This document shows positions 1-13,947 of a stretch of DNA of 64,000 nucleotides, piece by piece. Location: positions 12,648,001-12,712,000 of the forward strand of contig OX597826.1 in NCBI GenBank assembly GCA_951406725.2, given 5' to 3'. The DNA is from Octopus vulgaris (Eukaryota). Position numbers and translations under genes: made by a program. Below the pieces are notes generated by a model. It saw only the letters and a list, made by a program, of their open reading frames with translations. It had not been told where the DNA came from and searched no databases. Each line of letters starts with the position of its first letter. The first letter of the stretch is position 1.

Positions 1-973
1 CTTCTTGAAATTATTCTTCCAGTGCTAACTTTGCCGTTCATATTAAAGTATTATATTCGTGATAAATTGATGATCGAGAGTGCAACAGAAATTTTCATTT
101 AAATTTACACATTATACATTTTGCATCTGGCCTTGTCTTTATATACAGATAATAAAGCAAAAACGGTCACTTATCAGTGGTTTTAATTTATTTATTCGTT
201 AGATCAAGAGATCTAGCTGAATTTAAACAAACTATTGTCGCTATCGATATGTCCACAATATTTTGTAATTTGAAAGAAGTTTAAAGGACGCATCTACCAT
301 CTAGAAAAACAGATTAAATTCTCAGTGCTGTATTATCCTGACCAACTGTGTGTTGATGGCAATATGACGAGATATTAATATACAGAGAAATACATGGTAA
401 AATAGATTTTCTAGAAAGCAATTCAACATTTTGAGGTGTTTGTATTTTTCATTAGGAATCATGTTTTAGAGCTCTGCAGAGAGTATTTTCCTTTTAATAT
501 TGGATACAAATAACGAACGTAAATTGATGAAATCGTTTGAGCGTTAGACATAACGTTGTATGGTATTTGATATGGGTCTTTGCATTCTGATTTAAAATCC
601 CTACCGAGATCAATTTTGTCTTTCAACATTCCGGAGTCAATAAATTATGTTACCAGACATGTACAGTAATCAATTTAATTAAATAACGCTCCCCACTGTT
701 TTCCTGGTAACTTTACCTATGTTAGAGATTGCATTGGGCATTGATATGAGACAGGCACAGATTTGGGTCGATGGTTAAGAAATTAGTTTTACTACACCAT
801 GTTTCCGAGTTTGACATAGCTGTGAGCTATCCTGGTTGGGAAATATTTTTGGTAGTAATAAGTTAATTGACAAAAGTTTTCAGAATACGTCAGAATGTAT
901 GTATGTATGTATGTGTGTATGTGTATTGATGGATGGACATATATATATATAAATATATATATATACACACACG

Positions 974-1023
<50 letters not shown>

Positions 1024-1026
1024 TAT

Positions 1027-1322
1027 GGAGGCACACGGCCTAGTGGTTAGAGCAGCGGATTCGAGGTCGAGGGATCGTGGATACGAATCTGAGACCGGGT
1101 GACGTGTGTGTTAATGAGCGAAACACCTAAGCTCCACGCGGCTTCGGCAGAAGGTAATGGCGAACTTCTGCTGACTCTTTCGCCACAACTTTCTCTCACT
1201 CTTTCCTCCTGCATCTTGCAGCTCACCTGCGACGGACTGGCGTCCTGTCCAAGTTGGGAATCTATGTGCCAAGGAAACCGGGAAAACAGCCCTTATGAGC
1301 CAGGCATGGCTTGAGAAGGAAC
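1027..1322 (+). mobile_element. tRNA-derived SINE family 1, tail A
   Basis: tRNA-like head (CGGCCTAGTGGTTAG A-box, degenerate B-box), shared body GAGCGAAACACCTAAGCTCCACG...CAACTTTCTCTCACTCTTTC, tail GGACTGGCG...GAAACCGGGAAA; flanked by (TA)n. Confidence 0.85.
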
Positions 1323-1789
1323 ATATATATATATATATATTGAACAAAACCCCCACAAATTAGAAATCATTAAACAAATATTAAACTTACGACAATTAGA
1401 ATCCCTCTGAAAGACAATATACAGTTGTAAGTGTGTATAAGTGTATGTGTGGTTGTGTAAGTATGTATTTATATGTATATAAGTGGGAATCTCTGTCCTG
1501 GAAGCTAGGGATGATAATATTGCATAACAAGGATTTGGTAAATAATGGCCAAGAATTTAAGTTGTTGACTGAAATAAGTATTCTGGGACGATATAGTTCC
1601 CTAAAAGCCTTAATGATACTGACCATAAGAGTGACGAAGAAATATATTATTGGTGACAGTGAATGTGGGGGTCACTCCTGGTGCTCTGACGAGGAAGATG
1701 ATGGTTGTTCTAGTGAAAATAGCGACAATAATGAATTGTTAATAATTCTATTCGATCTCTCATAGTTTTCATTATTTTACGATCCATTT

Positions 1790-2092
1790 AGGCGCAATGG
1801 CCCAGTGGTTAGGGCAGCGGACTCGCGGTCGAAGGATCGCAGTTTCAATTCCCAGACCGGGCGTTGTGTGTGTTTATTGAGCGAAAACACCCAAAACTCC
1901 ACGAGGCTCCGGCAGGGGTGGTGGCGACCCCTTTGTACTCTTTGGCCCCAACTTTCTCTCACTCTTTCTTCCTGTTTCTTGAGTAACGCTACATTGGACT
2001 GCTGGAAGGGGAGGAGACACATACGCCAGAGAAACCGGGAAACCGGGCCCATAAGCCTGGCTAGGCTTGGAAAGGGCGGAAGAAAAGAAGAA
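1790..2092 (+). mobile_element. tRNA-derived SINE family 1, tail A
   Basis: GGCGCAATGGCCCAGTGGTTAGGGCAGCGGACTCGCGG head; same body and tail as 1027 and 60195. Confidence 0.85.
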
Positions 2093-2761
2093 CGATCCAT
2101 TTATCTTACTTTCCAGATAATTTAATAAATATCGATAACTTACAATTGCACCAGATATTAGTTATTGATAATTTTAATTTTCACTCATGGTTATGTGTTT
2201 AACACACAAAACATCCACATGAATAGATTCATATTATCATACTTTCACACATAAATACACATACGCATACAAACACATTCATATACACACACGCACACAC
2301 GTACGCACACTAACACACACATACACACACATACACACAAATATATTTTATAGACTTCTGTAGACATTTATCAGTATTCCTCATGCTACTAAAATCAAAC
2401 GGCCATGTTCATGAATTTTAGTAACTTGCGAAATATGAAAGAATTTATATTTTATTAAAATAATTAAACTTCAAAATTAGCTGTATTATTAATAATAATA
2501 ATAATGACATAACAAATTCACCCACCATCCGCCAACTAGATGTAAACTCTGGTAAAAATCACTTAATTTCTTTCTATTTTTTTCTTTGTTAATAGTTTAT
2601 TTCAAATTTAACTATCGATTTTTGGCCCTTTTTGATTATTGACGTTCGGTAACCATCAGATATGCGCAGTGACATATTTCCAAAAGCGAAACGTTAAAAC
2701 TGGTAATTGGTACTGTCACAGCCGTTGCTATTTTTCGTCATTAATATTAGTTATATGTTTG

Positions 2762-2781
2762 TATTATTATTATTATTATTA

Positions 2782-2836
<55 letters not shown>

Positions 2837-2844
2837 CATTATTA

Positions 2845-2896
<52 letters not shown>

Positions 2897-2901
2897 CATC
2901 A

Positions 2902-2962
<61 letters not shown>

Positions 2963-3021
2963 CATTATTATTATTATTATGATAATAATAATAATAATTA
3001 TTATTATTATTATTATTATTA

Positions 3022-3058
<37 letters not shown>

Positions 3059-3099
3059 TATTATTATTTTAAAAGAAGTCATTGCTGCTGCTGCTGCTG

Positions 3100-3176
<77 letters not shown>

Positions 3177-3210
3177 GCTGCTGCTACTGCTGCCGCTGCT
3201 GCTGCCGCTG
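2762..3210. repeat. Compound trinucleotide microsatellite (TAT)n then (TGC)n/(TAC)n
   Basis: Direct reading; source of the spurious poly-Y/L/I/T ORFs. Confidence 0.97.
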
Positions 3211-3861
3211 ATGCTTGTGGTTAACTATTTTCGTTTCTGTGAAATTCTGTAAAGGAGAAAAATATTTGGTTGTTTTATGCCTCTACTTTGTAATTAAAAC
3301 ATATTTCAAGTGCAAAATATAAAAGAAGTGTGTAATTTATGCCTTGGTGTGATTTGATCAACTATTTGACAGCAGAAACGCTCATTAGTTGAAATGGGAA
3401 GTAAATTGAGAAGTGTGTGTATGTGTGTGTGTGTGTGTGTGTTTGCATGTGGCTGTACGGGTAGTTATAAGAATTGTGGCATAATATAAAAATAGCATGA
3501 TAAAAATAATAAAACTAGACAGAAAGTCAACAGTGAACCGGGTGGTTGAGATGTAGACATATATTTCTTCGAATACTACTCTCAATGTTGCAGCAATTTC
3601 GTATTCAAAGGGTTACACATGGTACTAGCTTCCTGGGTAGGAACTATCAAAGATTTTTGAAAAGCTATAAGAATGCAGTGTATAAATATGTGAATGTTTC
3701 GTTACCAAAGAATTCCTATTGCAAATTCTGTAAAAGAACAAGACTAATAAAATGGCGTTCTATATAAGGACAGAAATGTTTTACAGTTATTTAGCATCTT
3801 TAAATTAGTGTAATCCTTCAAACTTCATACTGTTCTGCCAAGTTTAATGATTATATAAGCA

Positions 3862-4231
3862 CTAGCACTATGACTCGGCGTTGCCGGGTCATAGTGCTAG
3901 TGCATGCATATACAGCTGCGTGCGTGCGCACATACACGCGAGTACTGTCCAAATCTCCGTCCAATCACATACAGCTAGCTGGCATTCAATCGGTGTATCA
4001 AGTTTCGGGCATTTTGATTGGGTTTTGGATAGAAAATTCACGGAAAAGTCACTTCTATTGACTTTTTAATGGCTTTGCAAGATGACTGGGGAAATGTAAA
4101 GACGTGCACGACCACCCTTGGACGGTTTTGAATGACCATAGAAAGTGCGAACCCTCTAACTGAAAAATTGTGGATTTGTATAAAGGACACACACACACAC
4201 ACACACATTTTGCCGTTTATATATAGAGAGA
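3862..4231 (-). mobile_element. Non-autonomous Helitron-like element
   Basis: Minus strand starts TC(TC)TATATATAAAC and ends with a GC hairpin plus CTAG followed by T. Confidence 0.7.
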
Positions 4232-4624
4232 TTATCTTGTAGCTATCAAATTTTGATGATGTGATTGTATAATTTTAGAATGTCAACGTAAATTAGTCGT
4301 GCGAGACTAGATGTAGCTGGTATGAACAGAAAAACCGGTAAGATATTTTGACTGGATATTGCTTGTTTAAATGCTAGAGGGTTAAAATCCAGCCTAGATG
4401 GAGTATCTCTATAAAAGCATTGGATAAACGACGAAGGTTAACATGTGAGTTTTATTTTTCAAACCAGTCCGGCTCCAGTGTTACAGCTTCCAGAACCTCT
4501 GGGTTTATATCTTATATAAGAAGTAATGTTCTATTTTCAACAAACGTAGTCGTTTCGTAGCTAATCTGCATAAGATCCATAAGTTGTGTTTCGCTGCCTT
4601 TAAAAGTCTGTAACATTCTTGCGT

Positions 4625-5150
4625 TGCTGTGTGGTAAGAAGCTTTCCTCCCAACCACATGGCTGCGGGTTCAGTCGCACTGCATGGTACTTTGGGCAAGT
4701 GTCCTTTGTTATAGTCTCGGGCCGACCAGAGCCTTGTAAGTGGATTTGGCAGACGGAAACTGAAAGAAGCCCGCCCAACATATATCCACCCTACACACAC
4801 ACACACACACGCACACACACAGATAGATAGATACATATTCATGCATGCATGCAACATACATACATGCATGCATGGATACATACATACATACATTCATACA
4901 TACATACATACATACATACATACATACATACATACATACATACATACATACATGCATACATACATACGTGTGTGTGTGTGTCTTTATGTCTGTGTTTGTT
5001 CCCTCACCACCGATGTTGGCGTATTTACGTCTCCGTCACCTAGCGGTTCGGCGAAAGGAAACCGATAGAATAGTACTAGGCTCTAAGAATAAATCCTAGG
5101 GACGATTTGTTCCCCAAAACCCTTCAAGGCGGTGCTCCAGCATGGCCACA
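4625..5150 (+). mobile_element. SINE family 2 with internal (CA)/(CATA)n tract
   Basis: GCTGTGTGGTAAG head, TTGGGCAAGTGTC body, tail AAGGCGGTGCTCCAGCATGGCC. Confidence 0.85.
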
Positions 5151-5741
5151 AAGTTAAAATAAGCTGTCTCCCATAAAATAATTATAATTTGCTGCAAAAT
5201 ATATTATGCTTCCTATACTTGGTTACACCACCTTTATCCCTGTCCTAAGCCGAGCACCAGTTCTCTTCGAGTAGGGCATGTTTTTGAGAAACACCAATGT
5301 ACGTTAGAGCGCCTTTATTGAAAGGAAATATCCTTATTTTGGCAGGATATATTTCAATCAACCAAGCAAGCGATTTTCGGTCATTCTGCATCGTAAAGTA
5401 CTGAGATTTATTAATTATTTTTTTCTGTATTCAATTTATTTTCTATCAGATTGTTTATGTTAGACAAGGAATTGCTTCACGTGTGTCGATAATCTAGATT
5501 GCTTTAACGATAAGTCTATTCACTAGAGACACTGTGCTACTTTATCTCGGATTGACAATAGTCTCTTTCTCACTTCAACAACAATACTCGGCATAAATGG
5601 GTCAATATCTTTGAGGCGAATAAGAAATTGTTTTCCGAATTCCTATTCTGAAAGCAAAAACTAATTTCATTCAGAAAAAGAAAATAAGAAACGGTTCAAA
5701 TACCACGATAACCACCACCAGGACCACCCTCACACCACCAT

Positions 5742-5744
<3 letters not shown>

Positions 5745-5790
<46 letters not shown>

Positions 5791-5791
5791 G

Positions 5792-5875
<84 letters not shown>

Positions 5876-5876
5876 G

Positions 5877-5903
<27 letters not shown>
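5745..5903. repeat. (TAC)n followed by (TA)n microsatellite
   Basis: Direct reading. Confidence 0.95.
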
Positions 5904-5909
<6 letters not shown>

Positions 5910-6070
5910 AAGGTTAAAATTAATTAATTAGTAATTAATAATTTTACCAAGTAGTTCGGCATGTTTAAAGAACCATTATCCGTAAACTTCAACAAGAATT
6001 CTTTATAATTATACTCATAATCATAAGAATTTTTGTTTATATATATATATACACTACTAGTATATATATA

Positions 6071-6126
<56 letters not shown>

Positions 6127-6287
6127 CATCTATATATATATATATGCATATGCGTATTTATATGTATATACATATATATATGTATACATATGTATGTATA
6201 TATATGTGTATATATATATGTTCATATATATATACACATATATATGCATATATATACATATATATATATGTTCATATATATATAAAT

Positions 6288-6381
<94 letters not shown>

Positions 6382-6424
6382 GGTAAATGAAAGACAGAAG
6401 ATGGAAGATATGAGAATTTTTATT

Positions 6425-6513
6425 TATCACGACAATTGTTTCGACACATCTAGCATCGATCACTCACGGGTGGGACATTTACTGGCGGTGCAGATGTGTC
6501 TCATCAGGTGATA
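6425..6513 (-). ncRNA. Type I hammerhead ribozyme
   Basis: Minus strand: TATCAC-CTGATGA-GACACATCT..loop..AGATGTGTC-GAAAC-AATT-GTC-GTGATA; 6-bp stem I, 9-bp stem II, palindromic stem III, GUC site. Confidence 0.85.
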
Positions 6514-6637
6514 CATACGTATAACTCGTTAATATAAAAGTTCTGCAATGTATCTTCTCATTTCATTAAAAGAAAAGCAACAAAACAAAGGATATATGTA
6601 CGTACACACACACACACACCTACACACACACACACAC

Positions 6638-6687
<50 letters not shown>

Positions 6688-6690
<3 letters not shown>

Positions 6691-7060
6691 CCCGTTGGTG
6701 AACCTCTGTATGAGTACAAATCCTCTATATTAATGTACCGTGCACACAAAGTGAGGGCAGTATGTTTACATTGAGCAGACAGCTGATTCGTGTCGCCAGC
6801 TCCAAGAGAATTAATGAGAGACATTCGACATCTTTGGCCGATTTTGTGTGGCGACTGAAGGAAGATAAAATTAAGCATAACATAACTTGGACCATAGTAA
6901 AGCACACAAATCCATGCGATATCATTTCCAGGAGATGCCGACACTGCTCCGGTGAATTCCTGTCTATTATGTGGCCCATTGAGAAGACCATTAACAAAAT
7001 TTCTGAAAAACTCTCAAGATGCTCAAAGACTATCTTTCGCACCTTGCCGTGGAAATGGAT
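6688..7060 (+). pseudogene. Degenerate GIY-YIG endonuclease C-terminus of a Penelope-like retroelement
   Basis: SPLVNLCMSTNPLY*CTVHTK*GQYVYIEQTADS (decayed CPL..C / YIG) then STSLADFVWRLKEDKIKHNITWTIV...RRCRHC..E, like the PLE STxLSxYIWxLK...WxI...KRCxLCxxE motif; has stops and a frameshift. Confidence 0.75.
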
Positions 7061-7452
7061 TTCAGTAACTGTTAATATAATTTACTCTAAGGCATGGATG
7101 AATTAAGTTTTTATGAACACCAAGTAGCTATTTAACACGTTATATGAACGTGTGTGTACCAAACCACATGCGTGCTTACATTTTCGTGGATGCTTGTATG
7201 AGCGAGTGTACATGCGTCATGCAGCTTGAGGAGGGCGGTTATTCATCCATATGTGTCAACGGTTATTTTAAACACTTTTCTCGCTGTATTGCGTGTTCGT
7301 TTCTTTTTTGCATGTGATATTTTATTTTTGATCGTTTATAATATAGAATTTATATAGAATCTATATGAATGAAGATATATCCTTTGTTTGGCTGCTTTTC
7401 TTTTCACGAAATGAGAAGATATATTGTGTAACTGTTATTTTTAACGAGTATT

Positions 7453-7560
7453 TATCACCTGATGAGACACATATGCACGGCCGGATGCTCCTGAACCAGT
7501 TGTTAAGTGTCCCTCCCGTGAGGGATAAATTCTAGAGGTGCCGAAACAATTGTAGTGATT
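7453..7560 (+). ncRNA. Hammerhead ribozyme, partly decayed paralogue of 6425-6513
   Basis: TATCAC-CTGATGA-GACAC...GGTGCC-GAAAC-AATT-GTA-GTGAT; stem II has mismatches. Confidence 0.6.
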
Positions 7561-7694
7561 AATAAACATTCTCGTATCTTCCATCTTCCGTCTTTCAATT
7601 ATCATATACATAACGAACTGTGAAAGTGACCGTACTTTGCCAGTAAGCTACCAGGTATAAACCATTCGTATTATTATTTAATATGTGTGAGAGT

Positions 7695-7886
7695 GACCAG
7701 CACCGATTGAAAACCGCTGTTGGTGTATTTAGTCCCCGTAATTTAGCGGTTCCGCCAAAGATATCGATAGAATAAGTTCCGGGTTTAAAAAAGAAGAGCA
7801 CCGGATCGTTTCATTCGACTAAAACTCTTCAAGGCGGTGCTCCAGCATGGCCGCAGTCTAATGACTGAAGCAAGTAAAAGATAGAA
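7695..7886 (+). mobile_element. SINE family 2, 3' half
   Basis: TTAGCGGTTC..GATAGAATAAG...AAGGCGGTGCTCCAGCATGGCCGCAGTCTAATGACTGAA. Confidence 0.8.
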
Positions 7887-9054
7887 GGCGGCACTTTCGT
7901 GATTGCTGGAATACGAAATTGTATTGAGATGCTGCGATAAGAAGAAACGGTTGGGAACGAGAAAGATATGGAAAAGGAAAAGGATGGGGGACGAAGATAA
8001 TGATGGTGGTTCTAATATTTAGAATCATTACAAAAAAAAAAAGGTGGAGATGACGAAGTGTGTTGATGATGATGATCGTAGTGGTGGTGGGGATGATGAT
8101 GATGATGATGATGACGACGACAACGATGATGATGATGATAATTAAATCATTGATTTCTTGGCAATAAATCACGAAAAACATTACTTCGAAACACATTCGC
8201 AATAAATTACAAAATATTAAAATGAAATATAAAATTGCTAAGAAACGCCACATTGGGATCAGACACACACATACATGTATTTGAAAATGCACTTGTTTTT
8301 GTGTGTGTGTCGTGTGTACTTCTGTTTAAGTGCATAACTACACACGGAGCTATATTATATATATATAATATACATATACATATATATATATATATGTGTG
8401 TATATATATATAGCGAAAGGGAAAAGGAGAGGGAGAAGAGAGATACACACAGGGTGAATTCACTACAGTACATGTAACCCCATTTTGAGACACCCCCATC
8501 CCAACTCGATCGAATGTATCCAGTATTATCTTTTTGGTATAGGCATTTTGTTTTCTGAGAATTTTGCTTTGTTCGTCCTGCTAGATCAGTGGGTTGGCAA
8601 TGGAAGAGTATTTATAAAGATTTGCATGAACTTTGACAGTAAAACATTATTTAGTCAAGTAAAAGAGATAATTAAATACCGAGGATGCACATGATTAAGG
8701 CAGTGTTTTGAATAAACGTTTATGAGGATTAAACAAACGGGAAAATAGGTTTTAAATACACCACACAAAGAAATGTGAAATAGTTCTCGTAAGTCATCTT
8801 GAAAGATATCTGGAGAATTTTGGCGTCTCTACACCTTATCAGCTTCTGTTGAACTACGACAAAATTGCAATTTGTACCAGTTGTCAAAAGTACGAGTGGC
8901 TGCTGATATGCCTTGACCACGAAAGAGGAAATGCAACGATGTTGTCACCCTGTATATGTACGTGATAGAAAACTTTGAGAAAATATAAACGTGCTCTGCT
9001 ATGTCTGCCTTTGAAGCACCTATGTCAGAATTTAAACAGTATATGCATTTACGT

Positions 9055-9360
9055 GGGGGCGCAATGGCCTAGTGGTTAGGGCAGCGGACTCGCGGTCGCA
9101 GGATCGCGGTTTCGATTCCCAGACCGGGCGTTGTGAGTGTTTATTGAGCGAAAACACCTAAAAAGCTCCACGATGCTCCGGCAGGGGGTGGTGATCCATG
9201 CTGTACTCTTTCACCACTCTTTCTCCCACTCTTTCTTCTGTTGGCCTGCTCGCTTAGCCATCAGGATGGCGTCATTCGAAGGCTAAAACAATCCGAACGC
9301 ATTGTGACCAGCGATGTGTAACAACATCTGATGGTCTGGTCGGTCACATGATCACGTGAT
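9055..9360 (+). mobile_element. tRNA-derived SINE family 1, tail B
   Basis: A-box TGGCCTAGTGG, B-box GTTTCGATTCC, family-1 body, distinct tail ending GGTCACATGATCACGTGAT. Confidence 0.85.
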
Positions 9361-9455
9361 ATGCATTTACATATTTCTAAAACTAAAAAAAAAACCCCAA
9401 AGAAAACAGAAAAAGCTGAAAGCGCAAACCTCCGCCAAGGCAATACCAACGTCCT

Positions 9456-11158
9456 AATCTTTTTATACCCACCAAGGGGCGAACATAGAGGGGACAATGA
9501 ATCACATGTGGGGTTACAAAACGGGGGAAAAGGACAACGTATGAAAAACATGTAATGACAAAATGAAAATGAAAAATGTAATAAAGCTCCTCGGCCCCAC
9601 CTCCGAGCAACCACACTTAAACCTGCAACTCTCCTTATATCCTGTTCCCGCCAAAATATCTACCCCATAATTTTCGAACAAATCTTCCATAATACTAATG
9701 GTCTGGCGGTATATTCCTATCTAATTCCACTTCCCACATCCTATATCCACTTTTATATCTTGATATTTTCTCTCTTTGTTCATCTGTAGGAAACACACAA
9801 CAATGCCAATTTTTAATGTTATCAGAACCCATTGTTCCTACTGATTTGTAATCTTCCCAAGCTGCTATCTCTCTACACAGTTTTTCTTTAGAATAATCAT
9901 ACATCCATAACTGTGCATTTTTTTCTTTTTTTGTCTGGGAGAAGGCAGTTTGAGAATTTTTGTCTGTATGTATTTTTCCTGTGTCAGAGGGGGATGGGAA
10001 GGTTTGGTGCCTGTAGGAGAAGGGTAGGACGAAGAGGGTGAGGGTGGTTGTGGGGTGGTTATGGGACTTCCTTTTTTTCTTTTGCTTTTGCTTCTTTTAC
10101 CAATAGTTTCCCATTTGTTGTACATTTCTTCTGTTTGTAATTTTCCCTCTTCCCCACTCTTTCGCTCCTCCCGCGGCTCCTCCTCCCACGCATCCTCCAT
10201 CTCCCCGGTAGGTGAAGGGCATTCCGCGCCGATGCGACCCTCAAAGGAATCGCCCTCCACCCTCACTCTCACCACCACTTCGTCCAACTCGACGGTACCC
10301 ATCACAATCTTCAGGACATCCGCCGAGGCCTGGACTGCTATTTCAAGAGCCCGTCCTCTCCACACCCCGCTACGCGTCCCTGTGGCCCGGAGAACCGCTA
10401 CGCTGTCCTCCTCCTTCAAGAGGACAGCGGCCAGCATCCAGGCCACATCCATCTCTGTTGAAACTCCCCCAACTCTGACTCCCGACGCACAACGTCCCAT
10501 GCAAGTGGGCAGAATCACTAATCCCCGACAGTCCCCGTTGCACACCTTCCAGCAACCCTCTTGCTCTTGAACCCTGCCTCCACCTCTTCAAACCTTGATC
10601 TCCCCGCAATATATATAATGTCCTGCCAAACCGGCCCCAGTGTTCCCTCAATCCGCCCTGCATCTACAATATCAATCTCGCCCGCCTCCATCGAGCAAGC
10701 CTTGCACGATACTGCTCCCTCCCCAAGTCCTTCAATGCCCCTTGCGGGTGGGAGGACAACTCCACAGTAGAACCGTCCCCTTTCCATCACCTTCCCATAG
10801 TTAGCAACTCCTTCCATGTCCACATCGTCCTCCTGGTGTACTGCCACCTCTGAAAACCTTCCGTCCTCTACCTTCTCGTCCATTCCCTCCACAGCCCCCA
10901 AAAACTCGTCTTCGGAAGAAGACAACTCACAACCGCTGAACACCATCCAACAACTCTTTGCTATTGGACCAACTCTCCTCATAAGAGGAAGGAAAGCACA
11001 AACAAGCTGCCAGAAAGCAGCAAAATCAGTTTACAAAGTGTTCCAAAAAACACTGACACAAAATTCAACACAAAGCTTCAGCACAAAAACGCACGTCTTA
11101 ACACTATGAAAGATACCATAACTTACTAACAACAGTAGAATAACTTATTAAGAACATG
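9456..11158 (-). mobile_element. ORF1-only non-LTR element (HAL1-like derivative, probably of an L1/Tx1-type LINE), degenerate
   Basis: GC-rich frameshifted minus-strand ORFs (10982-10518, 10545-9865, 9904-9695) with a decayed knuckle-like end (RVEG...GRIGAECPSP) followed by basic/Pro-rich segments; no EN/RT motifs seen; 18-bp imperfect TSD AGGCAATACCAACGTCCT (9438-9455) / AGGCAACACCAATGTTCT (11159-11176). Confidence 0.6.
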
Positions 11159-11500
11159 AGGCAACACCAATGTTCTCTTAACAATGCGCTGGAGATGATT
11201 TTTAAAATGAGACTATCTGAAATAAATTCGGCTGCTCTCATAAACGAAAGTACTAAAATTGAACCCGATAGCTCTTAAAAATGAAGTAAAAACAGGGAAA
11301 ATAATTCAGAATCCTTGTCCGGAACCGGATCGATCCCAATATCTAATCAGTTCGTGCCAGTTACAAGGCCAAACATCCCTGAAAATTTCATCTGAATCCA
11401 TCCAGCGGTTCTTGAGATATTTTGTTCAAGGACAAAGAAACAAACAAACAAATATGGCTGAAAACAATACCTCCGACTTAGCGAGGATTGAGGTAAAAAT
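11159..11500 (+). mobile_element. Helentron/Helitron-associated non-autonomous element (left piece at about 9415-9455), split by the ORF1-only element
   Basis: AAATTTCATCTGAATCCATCCAGCGGTTCTTGAGATA..(CAAA)n..AATACCTCC..GAGGTAAAAA terminus; ACCTCCGCCAAGG at 9428. Confidence 0.55.
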
Positions 11501-12532
11501 AAGATAGTGGATATAGGAAGGGAGCGGATCTTCGTATAACGTTCACTGAGCTAAGATAATAATGAAATAAGATTAGATTCGATATCTTAATAGAGGTTAA
11601 AGTTGCATGGATACATTTACATTGTTTCCGACTAGCAATATGTGCAATTATATCTATTGTCTATTTGATTATATCGATTGATCACCAACTGATCGAGGTA
11701 GTTGAAGTCGTGGCTTGACAAAATTCTTCTAAAATATGTACTTAGAAACTCTCCTGGTCTGCAAATAAATTTACAGTTTTGCAGTCCCAAGTATTCAGTT
11801 CTAGATTCTAGTATCCAAAGTATGGACTTCTATATTGATTTTATGATATCTACGTCGCATTTGTTTACTGTATGTTATTGTACTATAGTATGAATGAAAT
11901 TTAGAATGCGTAGGTACATTAAACTTATACAGGATTCTGTCTTTCCGCAGTAAACAAAGGTTTTCGTGAAATTTTAAGTATTCTTCCGTCTTCCTTTATA
12001 TAATTTCCGAAGGCATTCAAATCGCAATGAAATAATGAAATAAACAACTTTAATATTTAGTTAAGCAGAAGAAACTAATTTAATTCTTACTACGTTTGTT
12101 TATCTATTTATTCATTTTCGTGATGTTGTGAAAAATTCTACGCAGTGTAGAAAGAGTCTAATATTTCGTATAGGGAAGAGACAAGATGTCAAATATCCTA
12201 CATATAATAATACGCAAATACAAATCCCGTTGGTCACGCTGGTAGAAGGAGACTAGAACAGCAAACGGAGAGCGAGGCCGTGACGTTCAGAGACGTTAAA
12301 TGCATCCGAACTGCATAGTAATGAGACTTTCTTCTGAAGTCGTTGGTGTTGTAATCGTTAATAGGATCTAGTTTTATAGACACGCACGTGAGCACACACA
12401 AATACACACACATATACACATGTACATGAGTGTGTATATTATATGTGTATGTATGTATATATATACTTGCTTGGAAATGAATGCGTGACGTTCAATCAAA
12501 TAATAATATAAATGATATATATATAGGAATAT

Positions 12533-13350
<818 letters not shown>

Positions 13351-13802
13351 TGGTGTATTTTATATTTATATATTTATAATTGAACACCACGCAGACATGT
13401 CCACAGTAAGTTTTTACTTTTATTTATAATTTCTGTGACTCTACTCTCTCTTCCCTTTCCTTCCTTCTTTCCTTCCGTTCTTCCTTTCTTCCTTTCTTTA
13501 TTTATATCCCTCTACAATCCTCTTTATTTTCCATTTCTCCCCCTCTCTTTTTGCTGTCTCCTGCCTATCTTCCATTCCTTACTATCTTTCGTTCCTTTTT
13601 TTTCTCCTCACTCCCTTTGTTTTTTTCCCCTCATCCTCTCTCATATATATTTAAGTGGTGTCTCCACTCTGTTACATGACAGACAGGCGTCCGATTCCCC
13701 GCTTCCATATCTTTTCAAGGTGGTGCTCCAGTATGGCCGCAGTCAAATAACTGAAACAAATAAAAGAATAAAAGAGTAAAAGGAAATATATATATATATA
13801 TT

Positions 13803-13834
<32 letters not shown>

Positions 13835-13837
13835 TAC

Positions 13838-13947
<110 letters not shown>

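Larger units (their letters stand above)
6387..7597 (+). mobile_element. Penelope-like element 3' remnant with inverted pseudo-LTR copies
   Basis: 6387-6600 is a diverged reverse complement of 7375-7597; both carry hammerhead motifs; a GIY-YIG remnant lies between them. Confidence 0.75.

Noticed and set aside
2639-3224. Long poly-Y/L/I/T ORFs, and all YI/CV/HT/SIYL-repeat ORFs across the window
   Set aside because: Translations of microsatellites
8450-8952. Tc1/mariner-like MITE (CAGGGTGA..TCACCCTG)
   Set aside because: Only an 8-bp inverted match and TA on one side; insufficient
9055-9130. tRNA gene
   Set aside because: tRNA-like head runs into a multi-copy SINE body, with no acceptor stem or terminator
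10055-10570. 171-aa Ser/Thr/Pro-rich + strand ORF
   Set aside because: Antisense shadow of the minus-strand ORF1-like frame
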